Assembly (NCBI GenBank): GCA_036513075.1
Contig: DATBZS010000042.1
Location: forward strand, 261-64,260
Direction: 5' to 3'
DNA length: 64,000 nt
From: Acidimicrobiales bacterium
GTDB taxonomy: Bacteria > Actinomycetota > Acidimicrobiia > Acidimicrobiales > RAAP-2
Of this stretch, positions 45,771-55,745 are shown piece after piece. Made by a program: the position numbers and the translations under genes. Below the pieces are notes generated by a model. The model did not search any database and had not been told where the DNA came from. It saw nothing but the letters and a program-made list of their open reading frames with translations. The stretch's first letter is position 1. The number at the start of each line of letters is the position of its first letter.

Positions 45771-47666
45771 TCAGGCGTCCGGCCAAAGCCGGTCGCGCAA
45801 CCCCGATGCCCGCGCCACAGGGCGGCCGATGGCCAGGCGGATCATCTCCTCGCTCCCGACGATGGTGACCTCCGGCTTCGCTCGAGTGACCGCGGTGTAG
45901 AGGAGCTCGCGGGTGAGGATCGGCGAGTCCTGGGTCGGCAGGGAGACCACCGCGTGGGCGAACTCCGATCCTTGGCTCTTGTGGATGGTCATCGCCCACC
46001 AGGGCTCCCACTCCCCCAGTCGGGCCGGCGCGAGTCTGCGGGACGACGACGTCCCGGCCATGGTCACCCAGCGACCATCCGCAGCGTGGACCACGACGCC
46101 CACGTCACCGTTAGCCAGGCGGTTGACCGGATCGTTTCGGGTCACCATCACCGGGGTCCCGACATTTGGGTGACCACCCCGGAGCGCCGCGGGGACGACG
46201 GACTGGGCGACGCCGTGGATCAGGTCGGTCCACTCGAATAGCCCGAGCTGGCCCCGGCGGATGGCGCTGAGCACCTTGACCCGGCTGGCCGCGGCAAGTG
46301 CCGTCGCGTCGTCACCAGCAAGTGCGGCACGGACCACGTCGGCGGCGGCGGCAGTCACCAGCTGACGCAGGTCGCCGAGTCCCGAGGGATCGTCGGGACG
46401 CACCCAGTGGACCTCGGGGTGGCCGGCCGCCAGCTCGTGGAGGACGCGGTCGGCGTCGCCGTCGCGGATGGCCAGTGCCAACGCCGCGGTCGCCGATCCC
46501 TCATCGAAACGATGTCCGCGTCGCAACTCGGTGACCCGACCGGAAAGGGGCCATGCTCCCGACTCCTCGGTGTCGCCGGCCGGGCCGACCATGTCCGCCA
46601 TCACAGTGCCTGCCTCGATGCTGGCGAGCTGGAACGGGTCACCGACTAGCACAAGGCGTGCGTCGAGACGCACCGCGTCGAGCAATCGCGCCAGCAATGG
46701 GAGCGAGACCATCGAGGTCTCGTCGATGACGACGAGGTCATGGAGGAGTGGGTCGCCGCGGTCGTGTCGGAATGCCGTCCGGGTTTTCCGGCCCAGCAGC
46801 CGGTGGATGGTGGTGGGCTCGATGGCACCCAGCGCCGCGGCCTGTCCCGGATCAAGCCGGCCCTGGTCGACGAGTTCGGTGACATGCGACTCGATGGCCT
46901 CCTTCATCCGGGTCGCCGCCTTCCCGGTGGGGGCGGCCAACGCAACCCGGAAGGCCTGCCCGCGATCCTCGGCCAATTTCAGGGCGGAGGCCAGGATCCG
47001 GGCCACCGTATGGGTTTTTCCGGTTCCAGGGCCACCAGCTAGGACCGTCACTGGCCGGGTGAATGCTCGCCTTGCGGCCACGAACTGCAGATCGGTGAAT
47101 CCGTCGTCGTCCACTGTGATCCCGCCGAACACGGCCTCCAGCGCGGCATCGACTTCGGCGTCGCTGTCTTCGGTTCGGTCGATCGACGCACGACCGCTGC
47201 TCCGCGCTGCCAACTGGGCGGCCACCTCGACTTCGAAGGACCAGAACCGCTGGAGGTAGAGCCGGTGACCCTCCAGCACCAGGGGTCGGAGCAGTTCCTC
47301 GGAGGACGCCTCCGCCCCCTCGGGCGCTCGTCTGGTGACGATCGGTGAGTCAGCGAGTTCGGTGCGCCACGCCGACGGTTCAGGCAACGTCATGTCAACG
47401 GCGCGGCCGTCGTCATCCTGGGCAGCTATCACCTGCGCATAGACCGCATCAAGATCGAGGCAGACGTGTCCCAAACGGGTGGCGCGGGCGGCGAGGGCCA
47501 GAGCAAGAAGGCAGGCATCCGACGGCTGATGCGGTGCCGCACGCGCCACGGCGGCGACCAGTTGGACCTCGAAGCGGCCCACGATCCCGGCGTCGATCCA
47601 CGGCGCCAGTCCGCGTTCCACCGCATCCGTGGACCATCCGGTCGGGCGCCCGGCACTCCCGCTCAT
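45771..47666 (-). CDS. recD: Exodeoxyribonuclease V alpha subunit
   Basis: Trimmed to the ATG at 47664-47666, overlapping the recB stop. Walker A 'LAGGPGTGKTHTV', Walker B 'VIDETSMV' and 'AMTIHKSQGSEF' are present. Last gene of the recC-recB-recD string. Confidence 0.9.
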   Translation of the reverse strand: MSGSAGRPTGWSTDAVERGLAPWIDAGIVGRFEVQLVAAVARAAPHQPSDACLLALALAARATRLGHVCLDLDAVYAQVIAAQDDDGRAVDMTLPEPSAWRTELADSPIVTRRAPEGAEASSEELLRPLVLEGHRLYLQRFWSFEVEVAAQLAARSSGRASIDRTEDSDAEVDAALEAVFGGITVDDDGFTDLQFVAARRAFTRPVTVLAGGPGTGKTHTVARILASALKLAEDRGQAFRVALAAPTGKAATRMKEAIESHVTELVDQGRLDPGQAAALGAIEPTTIHRLLGRKTRTAFRHDRGDPLLHDLVVIDETSMVSLPLLARLLDAVRLDARLVLVGDPFQLASIEAGTVMADMVGPAGDTEESGAWPLSGRVTELRRGHRFDEGSATAALALAIRDGDADRVLHELAAGHPEVHWVRPDDPSGLGDLRQLVTAAAADVVRAALAGDDATALAAASRVKVLSAIRRGQLGLFEWTDLIHGVAQSVVPAALRGGHPNVGTPVMVTRNDPVNRLANGDVGVVVHAADGRWVTMAGTSSSRRLAPARLGEWEPWWAMTIHKSQGSEFAHAVVSLPTQDSPILTRELLYTAVTRAKPEVTIVGSEEMIRLAIGRPVARASGLRDRLWPDA

Positions 47667-50600
47667 GGGGCACCACCAGTGCTCCGTCCGTCGAGCAGGT
47701 CGCTCACCGAGGCGATCAATCCGGGGTCGAATTCCCACGTGAACACTCCGTGCGGATGGATGCCGTCATGGGCGACCTCCGGCCCGGTCATGCCGCGCAC
47801 GAAGAGGTAAGTGGCCCCAACCACCTGGGCTGTCGGGCCACCCGGGCGCTTCCTGGACCTCAGGTAGCGCTGGAGTGCCACCGCGTAGAGCAATGCCTGC
47901 AGCGGGTAGTGGTGTTCCGACATGGCATCCACCATGTGTCCGATGTCGTAGTCGTGGGGTCCGGGTTCCGCACCCCACGGCGTCAACCGGTTCGTCTTGT
48001 AGTCGGCCACCACGAATCGGGAGTCATCGCTTTCGGTCGCCACGCGGGCGACCAGGTCGATCGACCCGGTCAGGTACCCGGCGAGCTGGACGTCGATCAC
48101 CCCGTCGGCCAGCGCCGTCGCCCAGGGGACGAGAGGATGCCCGCCCCGAAGAGACGCGGCGACCAGCGATCCGATGTCCGAGACGGTCGGGTGCCGGCCC
48201 GCCTCGCCGATTCGCATGTCGAATCCCAGCTCGTCCAATCGGTCGCGACGTCTGAGATCGGCAAGTCGGGCCGACCCGAACAGCGGCCCAAGCGGCGTCT
48301 CGATTGCGGCGCGGAGTCCAGCGGTCAGCAGATCCGTCCCATCGGTATCCGCCGGCGCCAAGAGCGACGGGTCGGTGCCACTGGTGGCCAGCTCCGTCTG
48401 GACGGCGTCGGCGATCGCTGCGTCGAGATCGGCCGCGGCGAAGTCCACCCGTTCCAGGACCGCGTGCACGAATGTCCCGAACTGTTTGCCGGCCCGGAGC
48501 CGGGCAAGCGGTCCGCCGGCGTCGGCCCCGGCGACACCGGGAGCATGGTCATCGTCCAACTGCCCAGGCGCGGCCGGCTCGTTCTCGTCGTCCGCGCCGC
48601 GGTCCGCTCCGGTCGTGTCGAAAGGATCGAGGCCACCGCCAGGACCAGCATCGGCGCGCGAGGTGATGGCCGAGAACGACCAGCGGTGTACGGAACGGTC
48701 GAGGCCCACGGCGAGCCTGCTGATCGACAGCTCCTCCTGCTCCGGGGTAGCCACTGTGTCGACCCAGGCTGTCGCCGGTTTGGGTGGGTCGCCGATGGGG
48801 GTGACGGTGATGGTCCGGTCCGACCGCTCGGTCAACGCGTCGAGTATTGCGGGAACGTCGTCATCAGCTGGGATAGTGCATTTACCCGATTGGAACACCG
48901 AGGGGTCGATCGAACCGTCCGAGTAGTCACGTGAGAACAGGAACCGACTGATCGCCCGTGTCGAGCTGCCCGGGCTGTTGGCCCACCAGACCGCCGTGTG
49001 GTGCTGTGCCCGGGTGAGGGCCACGTAGAGCAGCCGCAGCTCTTCGGACGCCTCCTCCCGGCGGGCGAGCTGCTTGCGCTCCTCGGCCGCCTTGGCATCG
49101 GGCCAGTCCTTACCTTTGGCGAGGTCCATCGTCCGATGACGGGTCACCGGATCGGCGTAGACCACGTCCGACGCATTCCTCACCGGACGCCAAAGCATGG
49201 GCAGGCAGACGACCGGGAACTGCAGACCCTTGGCCTTCCAGATGGTCATGATCTGCACCGCCTGGGCCTCGGATTCGATCCGCCTCGCGATCACGTCCCC
49301 GTCGACGTCGATATCCCCCTCCGACTCCGGCGGGTGGTCCAGCAGTGCCAGGAGCCCCGCTATACCGGACATCCCCTGGGCGGCACCGTTGTGCATCAGC
49401 TCGGCCAGGTGATCCAGGTCCGTCACATTGCGGTCGCCGTCGAACCCGCCCAGGAGCCGAGCGACAACACCGGTCACTTCCCAGATCGCGGCCAGGACCT
49501 CGGCGACCGGACGGGATCCGAGTCGGGCGGTCCAATCCGACAGCCGCTCCTGCAGCAGGGCGAGTTCCTCGTCCGAGGCCTCCGACACGCGGGCGGCCGG
49601 CCAGGACTCGAACCACGACAGCGCGTAAGCGCGGACCCGACCGAGGTCCGACGGACGCTCCATGGCCGACAGCAGTAGCCGAATCTGGTCGGCTGCCCAA
49701 GACGACAGAACGCTCCCCGCACCAGCGACCACCGCCGGCACTCCCTGGCGGCGCAGAGCGTTCTGCGCCGACCGTGCATGGGCGCCGGACTTGACCAGCA
49801 CGGCGATGTCCGATGGGCGGAGGCGTCGACTCCCGCCCTCATCGTCGGGGATCGAAGCGCCGTCGAGCAGGCCCCGGACGTGTGCCACCAGGTCCCGGTT
49901 GATGATACGGGCCGTCATCGGTGTACTCGGGAGATTCTTCGTTCGGGGCAGCCACGAACCGACGGCGACACGGATGTCGAGTCCGGACAGCGACACGCCA
50001 TCCGCGCCGGTCATCCGCAGGCACTCGTGGTCGTCCGACGACTCGACCGGCACATAGGCGATGGCGTCGTCCCCGAAGGTCGCCCCGTCGAAGAGGGCGT
50101 TCATGGCACGGATTGCCGCCCCGTCGGACCGCCAGTTGCGCGAGAGGGTGAAGCGTTCGGACCCCGACCCCTCGCCCACGGCACGCAGGTACACAGAGAT
50201 ATCCGCCCCCCGGAACCGGTAGATCGCCTGCTTCGGGTCACCGACGAGAACCAGGGTGCCGTCGGGTGCATCTCTGCCGAAGAGGGCCGAGAAGATCTCC
50301 CACTGGACGCGGTCCGTGTCCTGGAACTCGTCGATCAGGACGACGGAGAAGCGGCTCCTGAGTGCTTCGATCACGGCGGCCGACGACCGGTCGACGAGCG
50401 CACCGCGGAGTTGGGTCAGTACATCGTCGTAACCCATCGTCCCTGAGTCCTGCCGCCGGCTCAGGAGGTTGGCACGCGATGCGATGACCAGCTCGCGCAA
50501 TCGGATCTGTTTGGCAGTCGCCCCCGCCCGCTGTGCAGTCGGTTCAAGGTCCATGCCAGGATCCCCGACGAACCGCTCGGTCGCCTTCGCCAACTCGGAC

Positions 50601-51124
50601 AGGGTCGGCAGCTCGTCCACGTCGATGTCCCCGCCGGACGAGCTCGCCAATGCGTCCGCACAGGCGTGACGGACCAACGTCGCCACGTCCGGGGCGAGAC
50701 GGGCATCGGGGTCGATGGCCGACGAGATGCCGAGCGTGCTGCGAATCTGGGCGGCGAAACTATGCATGGTCGAGATGGCCGCGGCGTCGAATTCGGTGAC
50801 CGCCCGCTCGAGTCGGCCTCGGCGCTCGTCGCGGTCGTGCCTGGCCAGGTGAGCCGAGAGCTCGTCGTTCCCGAAGTCTGTGGACGCTCCGGCGAGCGCC
50901 TCGGCCGACGCCACCATCTGGCCGCGGATGCGGGTCCTCAGCTCGGCGGTCGCCGCTCTCGTGAAGGTGACGATGAGCAGTTCGGACGGGGCTACGGCAC
51001 GCTCGGCCAGGTACCGGGTGGCGAGGGCCGCCAGCGTGAATGTCTTACCCGTCCCGGCACTGGCTTCGATGGCCACCTGTCCGCTCGGTAGGTCTCCGAA
51101 GAGCGCGAAGGGGCGGTCGGCCAT
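47663..51124 (-). CDS. recB: Exodeoxyribonuclease V beta subunit (UvrD-like helicase plus PD-(D/E)XK nuclease)
   Basis: Trimmed to the ATG at 51122-51124 ('MADRPFALFGDLPSGQVAIEASAGTGKTF'). 'LIDEFQDTD' is present, and the C-terminal nuclease block is 'IDLVARV...VADYKTN'. Confidence 0.9.
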   Translation of the reverse strand: MADRPFALFGDLPSGQVAIEASAGTGKTFTLAALATRYLAERAVAPSELLIVTFTRAATAELRTRIRGQMVASAEALAGASTDFGNDELSAHLARHDRDERRGRLERAVTEFDAAAISTMHSFAAQIRSTLGISSAIDPDARLAPDVATLVRHACADALASSSGGDIDVDELPTLSELAKATERFVGDPGMDLEPTAQRAGATAKQIRLRELVIASRANLLSRRQDSGTMGYDDVLTQLRGALVDRSSAAVIEALRSRFSVVLIDEFQDTDRVQWEIFSALFGRDAPDGTLVLVGDPKQAIYRFRGADISVYLRAVGEGSGSERFTLSRNWRSDGAAIRAMNALFDGATFGDDAIAYVPVESSDDHECLRMTGADGVSLSGLDIRVAVGSWLPRTKNLPSTPMTARIINRDLVAHVRGLLDGASIPDDEGGSRRLRPSDIAVLVKSGAHARSAQNALRRQGVPAVVAGAGSVLSSWAADQIRLLLSAMERPSDLGRVRAYALSWFESWPAARVSEASDEELALLQERLSDWTARLGSRPVAEVLAAIWEVTGVVARLLGGFDGDRNVTDLDHLAELMHNGAAQGMSGIAGLLALLDHPPESEGDIDVDGDVIARRIESEAQAVQIMTIWKAKGLQFPVVCLPMLWRPVRNASDVVYADPVTRHRTMDLAKGKDWPDAKAAEERKQLARREEASEELRLLYVALTRAQHHTAVWWANSPGSSTRAISRFLFSRDYSDGSIDPSVFQSGKCTIPADDDVPAILDALTERSDRTITVTPIGDPPKPATAWVDTVATPEQEELSISRLAVGLDRSVHRWSFSAITSRADAGPGGGLDPFDTTGADRGADDENEPAAPGQLDDDHAPGVAGADAGGPLARLRAGKQFGTFVHAVLERVDFAAADLDAAIADAVQTELATSGTDPSLLAPADTDGTDLLTAGLRAAIETPLGPLFGSARLADLRRRDRLDELGFDMRIGEAGRHPTVSDIGSLVAASLRGGHPLVPWATALADGVIDVQLAGYLTGSIDLVARVATESDDSRFVVADYKTNRLTPWGAEPGPHDYDIGHMVDAMSEHHYPLQALLYAVALQRYLRSRKRPGGPTAQVVGATYLFVRGMTGPEVAHDGIHPHGVFTWEFDPGLIASVSDLLDGRSTGGAP

Positions 51125-51126
51125 CG

Positions 51127-54100
51127 TCACGCCACCGGCATGCTGGTCCGGTCGACGGCACCCCACAGATGGTGGGCGTAGCGCTCCACGCGATTGCCTG
51201 TCACCCCGGGGTCGCTCTCGCGGGAGGCCAGCTCGTCGATCTCGTCCACGTCAACGTCGCCGAACACCAGCCGGACCGCCGGGCGCGTCCCGTCCCCTCG
51301 TCCATCGCCGTTCTTCCACGTCCCGTCCGCAGACTTCTCGGCGTGCACGGCGGGCGAGTACGAGCTGAACAATGGGAGCGGTTCGCGTAGCCCTCTGCGA
51401 TAGAGGTCGACTACCAGTTCCAACGCGTCGTCCGCCATGCCGGCGACATCATCGCTCGCCGCCGGCTCCAGTACGACCGGCGTGAGGTCCTTGCCTTTGC
51501 GCTCGGCCCGGGTCACCACCACGGACCGCCAGGGGACCGTCGGATCGGACGCCACCAGTACCATCAGGTCCAGCCAGGCCTCGAGCCGGTGGGCCTCTTT
51601 CGGACGCGTGAACTGGACGCGCCCCGTTCCGGGTGAAGGGCTGTCGAGTGCGAGGGGAATAGTGCCGACGATCCTGATCCCTCCGGCAAGGGTGACATCG
51701 ACATCGCGCAACACCGGGGTTCCGGTTCGGATCCCGCGGGCCGCGGCCTCGGCGAGTAGATCCCCGACTTCAGCCGACAGATCATCGAACAACCGGTCCT
51801 CCAGGACACCGGGGGGCAGCGCACCCTTCGCCCGTTCCGCCCTGCGCCAGTCGGCGTCGTCCTTTCCCTGCAACCGGGCATCGAGGAGGTCCTGGCCGAT
51901 GCGATAGAGCGCCAGCCCGTCGGGATCGACCGGGAGGATGTCATCGATCTCGTCCGACGGCCGAGGGAGGTTGGCCGCGAGCGACCGCCGCACGAACGTG
52001 GCCACGGGGTCGCGCAGGAACGTGTGCAGGTCCTCCAACTCGACGACCTCGACCTCCTCGCGGTTGAGCGGTACCTCGAGGAACGGCTCGCGCAGATGTG
52101 GCCGGTTCCGCCGTCGCGTCGCACCGATGAGGTCCCGAGCCGCGAAGCTCCATGGTGCGGCGATCCCCAGCCGATCGGAAATCAGGCACCGCTCGTCGAA
52201 GGGATGGCGCGGGTGCGTGACCTCCAGCGACTCCTTTGCAGCCTTGCGGTCGTCCGCCGGGAAGAGTCCGACGGCGGCGTCGAACAGCTCTGCCGCCGGT
52301 ACCACCTGCGGCACCGGATGGTTCGACCGGATGTCGCGACCCTCGCGCACGATCACCAGGTGGTCACGGGCCGCCAGCACGGCCTCCAACAGCCACTGGC
52401 GAGCCTCCGATCGGGGATCGGGATCGCCGATCTGGGGATCGGCTGCGACCAGGTCGGCGGCATCCGGGGCGGACGTGCCCAACGAGTCCTGGTCCAGACC
52501 CAGGATGCACACCACCCGGAACGGCACCCACCGGAGCGAGGCCATCGACGTGACCGTGACACCCCCGCGGAAGAAGTCGGGGCGCCCGGGCTCATTGTCC
52601 AGCATTCCCTCGAGGAGGCGCCGGACGTCGAGCAGGTCCAGGCTCACCGTCGAACCCCGCCGGGAAGCCGCGGCAGCATCGACGACGTCGCGTAGTACCC
52701 GCTCCAACGCCTCGATCTGCCACGTGGCCTGATCGGGTACGGCGAAGAGGTCGCTGCACGTGCGACGGAGGACCGCGGCCCATTCGTCGACGGTGCGACC
52801 GGGTCCGATCGAGTGCCCGGCGAGCGCCGCCAGCCGGCCGACGATGAACGCAAACGCACCGAGGATCTCGACGTCCCCGCTGTCGACGCCGAGTGGCGCG
52901 ATCTCGCCAATGGCAAGGTCGAGGTCCGCGTCGGCCACGGCGGAGCCGATGAGGAGGCGGTCCAGCGCCGCCTGCCAGGTGTTGCCGACCACGGTCGCGG
53001 GGACGCCGAACCCGCTCCGATGGTCCGGATCGAGGCCCCAGCGGACGCGGGCCTCAGTCGCCCACTCGGCGAGTACCGCCAGGTCGGCATCGTCGAACCC
53101 GAACCGCTCCCGCACCGGGGACAGCGAGATGAAGTCGAGCACCTGAGCGATCTCGAACCGACCCGACACGAGGTCGAGGAGCGTGGCGGTGGCGCCCAGT
53201 ACCGGGTTGGCCGACCGGATCGACCGGTCGGCTATCCGGTATCGGAGGAAGGGCGCCCCGGTGCTGTCCAACGCATCCGGCGACCCACTCGACGGGCCGA
53301 ACACGGCCTCGACCAGCGGCGCGAACTTCTCCAGGCCGGGACAGACGACCAGGATGTCCTCTTCGGCGAGCCTGGACGCGGGATCATTGAGCAAGTGGAG
53401 GACGACGTCCCGGGCAACCTGCACCTGCCGCATCGGACCGAAGCAGGAGTGGAACTGGAGGGAGCGATCGTCGGGCCCGACCGGGCCGGGGACCGCTTCC
53501 GCATCGCTACGGATGTCAGCCTGGAGCCGCTCCAGCAGGGTGCGCCGCGGTGCACCATCGGTCGGGACCCAGGTCAGACGCCCGGTGTCGGGGGTGAGAC
53601 CGTCGGCCAGGAGGAGGGCGGACTCACGCGGGAGCCGTCCCCACGAACGCAGCAGCGGCTGTTGGATCCGGACCCCGGTCGGATCTTCGGACCGGAGGCG
53701 GGGTCGACCCCCGCCAGGGTGGGGCCACGTTCCGAGCAGCGCCGCCAGGTCGAACCGGTGGGGCTCCAGGAGAAACAGGTGGACGTCGCGCCGTCGGGCG
53801 ACCGCCTCGACGAGCGGGAGGAAGTCCCGGCCCGGCAGCGAGGTGAATCCGAAGAGGACCAACCGACTGGGAAGTTCGGCGTCGAGGTCAAGCTGGTCGG
53901 TCCGGACCAGGTCGAGGATGGCTTCCATCCGCTCAGGGGGGCTGTCCGATGCGATCTCGTCTCGCAGGAACCTCCAGAGCCGCGGCTGCCAGTCAGCAAG
54001 TGGGGAGATCGTCCTTCCCGACCCGTCCACCGAGCCCGGGTCGGATCGGTCGGCGTCCGCCCACGCCCGGATCATCTCCGGCCGGTGCAGGTGATACCGG

Positions 54101-54537
54101 TCGAAGAGGTCGGCGACGGCCCGCACCCGCGTGAACCGGGATGCCCCTGCCGGCAGCTCAGTGAACTCCGGCATGTCGCCACGGGCGGCCAGGTCGTCGA
54201 AAACGGCCAGCAGCGACCACACCATCCGATCGATCTGCCAGGGGTTTTCGGTCGGGCTGACCCCGATGTCCTCGGCACTGCGGCGGGCCGCGCCGTCGAG
54301 GACGAGGTCGCGCAACGTGCCCGGGTAGGCACGCACGAAGTTGGCGGCCACCCCGTCGCCCCCACCAGTCCGGGTGGCACCCAGGTGCCGGGCCAGTTCC
54401 AGGGTCACCCAGCGACGCATCCCGTCCGACGGCACCGCCATCCATTCAGACTCCATCGGGTCGAGCGGATCGGTGACCAGGACCTCGGCGAGCCTCGCGG
54501 CCAGGTCCTCCGCCCGCTCCGCCGAGTAGAGATGCAT
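51127..54537 (-). CDS. recC: Exodeoxyribonuclease V gamma subunit
   Basis: About 1136 aa. The N terminus 'MHLYSAERAEDLAARLAEVL...EWMAVPSDGMRRWVTLELAR' follows the RecC pattern (L-Y-S-N-R...V-x-S-x-GM-x-x-W). Position immediately upstream of recB supports the call. Start is ATG 54535-54537 or GTG 54538-54540. Confidence 0.88.
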   Translation of the reverse strand: MHLYSAERAEDLAARLAEVLVTDPLDPMESEWMAVPSDGMRRWVTLELARHLGATRTGGGDGVAANFVRAYPGTLRDLVLDGAARRSAEDIGVSPTENPWQIDRMVWSLLAVFDDLAARGDMPEFTELPAGASRFTRVRAVADLFDRYHLHRPEMIRAWADADRSDPGSVDGSGRTISPLADWQPRLWRFLRDEIASDSPPERMEAILDLVRTDQLDLDAELPSRLVLFGFTSLPGRDFLPLVEAVARRRDVHLFLLEPHRFDLAALLGTWPHPGGGRPRLRSEDPTGVRIQQPLLRSWGRLPRESALLLADGLTPDTGRLTWVPTDGAPRRTLLERLQADIRSDAEAVPGPVGPDDRSLQFHSCFGPMRQVQVARDVVLHLLNDPASRLAEEDILVVCPGLEKFAPLVEAVFGPSSGSPDALDSTGAPFLRYRIADRSIRSANPVLGATATLLDLVSGRFEIAQVLDFISLSPVRERFGFDDADLAVLAEWATEARVRWGLDPDHRSGFGVPATVVGNTWQAALDRLLIGSAVADADLDLAIGEIAPLGVDSGDVEILGAFAFIVGRLAALAGHSIGPGRTVDEWAAVLRRTCSDLFAVPDQATWQIEALERVLRDVVDAAAASRRGSTVSLDLLDVRRLLEGMLDNEPGRPDFFRGGVTVTSMASLRWVPFRVVCILGLDQDSLGTSAPDAADLVAADPQIGDPDPRSEARQWLLEAVLAARDHLVIVREGRDIRSNHPVPQVVPAAELFDAAVGLFPADDRKAAKESLEVTHPRHPFDERCLISDRLGIAAPWSFAARDLIGATRRRNRPHLREPFLEVPLNREEVEVVELEDLHTFLRDPVATFVRRSLAANLPRPSDEIDDILPVDPDGLALYRIGQDLLDARLQGKDDADWRRAERAKGALPPGVLEDRLFDDLSAEVGDLLAEAAARGIRTGTPVLRDVDVTLAGGIRIVGTIPLALDSPSPGTGRVQFTRPKEAHRLEAWLDLMVLVASDPTVPWRSVVVTRAERKGKDLTPVVLEPAASDDVAGMADDALELVVDLYRRGLREPLPLFSSYSPAVHAEKSADGTWKNGDGRGDGTRPAVRLVFGDVDVDEIDELASRESDPGVTGNRVERYAHHLWGAVDRTSMPVA

Positions 54538-54690
54538 CACGTGTGGGGACCTTACTCACGGGGTGCGACCGCGGGACCCACGGGGCGGAGTGAGGCCCAG
54601 TCGACCGCCTGCATCGCACCTCGGAGCCCTCCCGGATGGCAGCATGGTGCCGACGTCCCGACGGCGGGGCGACGAGTGCAAGGGGTGTCC

Positions 54691-55377
54691 ATGGGACAAA
54701 CCATTATCGCGGCGACGAGCGGTGCGGGCGGAGGCCTCTTCCTTGTTTTGCTCGTCTTCTTCTACGTGCTGTTCGCGCTCCCAGTGTGGGGCACCTACCA
54801 GAAGGCATCACCGCAGGGTGACCCCGCATGGGCTGCCTTCGTGCCTGTCTACAACTTCATCGTCCTGTTGCGGGTAGCCGGTCGGTCGAAGAACTGGGCT
54901 TGGTTCCTGCTGCTCGTCTTCATCCCTTACCTCGGGTCCATCGCCCTGTTCGTGATCTCGATCTTCATCCTCAACGACATCTCGAAGAGCTTCGGCCACG
55001 AAGCCGGATTCACGGTCGGACTGGTGCTGTTGCCGGTCATCTTCTGGTTCATCCTGTGGCTCGGCAAGAGCACATACCTCGGCCCGAAGGGCCCAGCTGC
55101 CATGGCCGCTGGCTACGCGGGCTATGGCGGCTACCCGCAGCAGGGCTACCCGCAACCCGGTGGCTACCCGCCGCCCGCGCCTCCCGGTGGTGGCTACGCG
55201 CCGCCGCCGCCCCCGCCCGGCAACTACCCACCGCCGCCCCAGCCCGGAACCGCCTACCCACCACCACCACAGCCCGGCGGCCAGCCCGGCCAGCCACTAC
55301 CCGGGTCGGCGCCGCCTCCTCCGCCTCCTCCGCCTCCTGCCTCAGACGGGATGCCACCCGAGGCACCGCCCCAGTAG
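54691..55377 (+). CDS. DUF5684-like small membrane protein with long Pro/Gly/Tyr-rich C-terminal tail
   Basis: Last 228 aa of track ORF 52813..55377, from ATG 54691. 'FVPVYNFIVLLRVAGRSKNWAWFLLLVFIPYLGSIALFVISIFILNDISKSFGHEAGFTVGLVLLPVIFW' matches what I remember of DUF5684. The tail is 'GYPQQGYPQPGGYPPPAPPGGGYAPPPPPPGNYPPPPQPG...'. Confidence 0.7.
   Translation: MGQTIIAATSGAGGGLFLVLLVFFYVLFALPVWGTYQKASPQGDPAWAAFVPVYNFIVLLRVAGRSKNWAWFLLLVFIPYLGSIALFVISIFILNDISKSFGHEAGFTVGLVLLPVIFWFILWLGKSTYLGPKGPAAMAAGYAGYGGYPQQGYPQPGGYPPPAPPGGGYAPPPPPPGNYPPPPQPGTAYPPPPQPGGQPGQPLPGSAPPPPPPPPPASDGMPPEAPPQ
55312..55338 (+). repeat. Three perfect tandem copies of 'ccgcctcct' (Pro-Pro-Pro coding)
   Basis: Units lie at 55312-55320, 55321-55329 and 55330-55338, inside the Pro-rich tail. 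Confidence 0.9.
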
Positions 55378-55427
55378 CGGGCCGTCCGCGCTGGCGCAGG
55401 ACGAGGGCGGACTCCGTCCCGTCGAGC

Positions 55428-55694
55428 CTACGAGTGGATCAGTCCGGCCGGTGCCGAGTCGAGCATCTCCAGGATGGCCAGGGCCAACGCCCGGGCCGAC
55501 ACCGGGTCGAGTTCGACGGCCACGCGCGCCGAAGCGTCCCGTGACGGGTTGCGGAGGTCGACGTTGAGCGTGTGGTCGGCGGGCGCATGGACCGGATGGT
55601 CGAAGTAGACCGAGGCATCGGTCACCGGGAACCAACCCGCAGCCCCTTTTCCGCTTCCTTCGACCTCCAACGTCGTCGTTCGGTAGGTGCACAT
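55428..55694 (-). CDS. Small conserved hypothetical protein (DUF6295-like)
   Basis: 88 aa. 'MCTYRTTTLEVEGSGKGAAGWFPVTDASVYFDHPVHAPADHTLNVDLRNP' resembles a small actinomycete family I recall as DUF6295. Not verified. Confidence 0.55.
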   Translation of the reverse strand: MCTYRTTTLEVEGSGKGAAGWFPVTDASVYFDHPVHAPADHTLNVDLRNPSRDASARVAVELDPVSARALALAILEMLDSAPAGLIHS

Positions 55695-55745
55695 GATGGT
55701 TCCTTCCCTCGTGTGTCGTGATTCGTATCGTGTGGGTCGTCGGGA

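Noticed and set aside
52813-54690. Upstream 626 codons of the 854-aa plus-strand ORF
   Set aside because: Antisense to recC. Only the last 228 codons (from ATG 54691) have membrane-protein character and a family resemblance.
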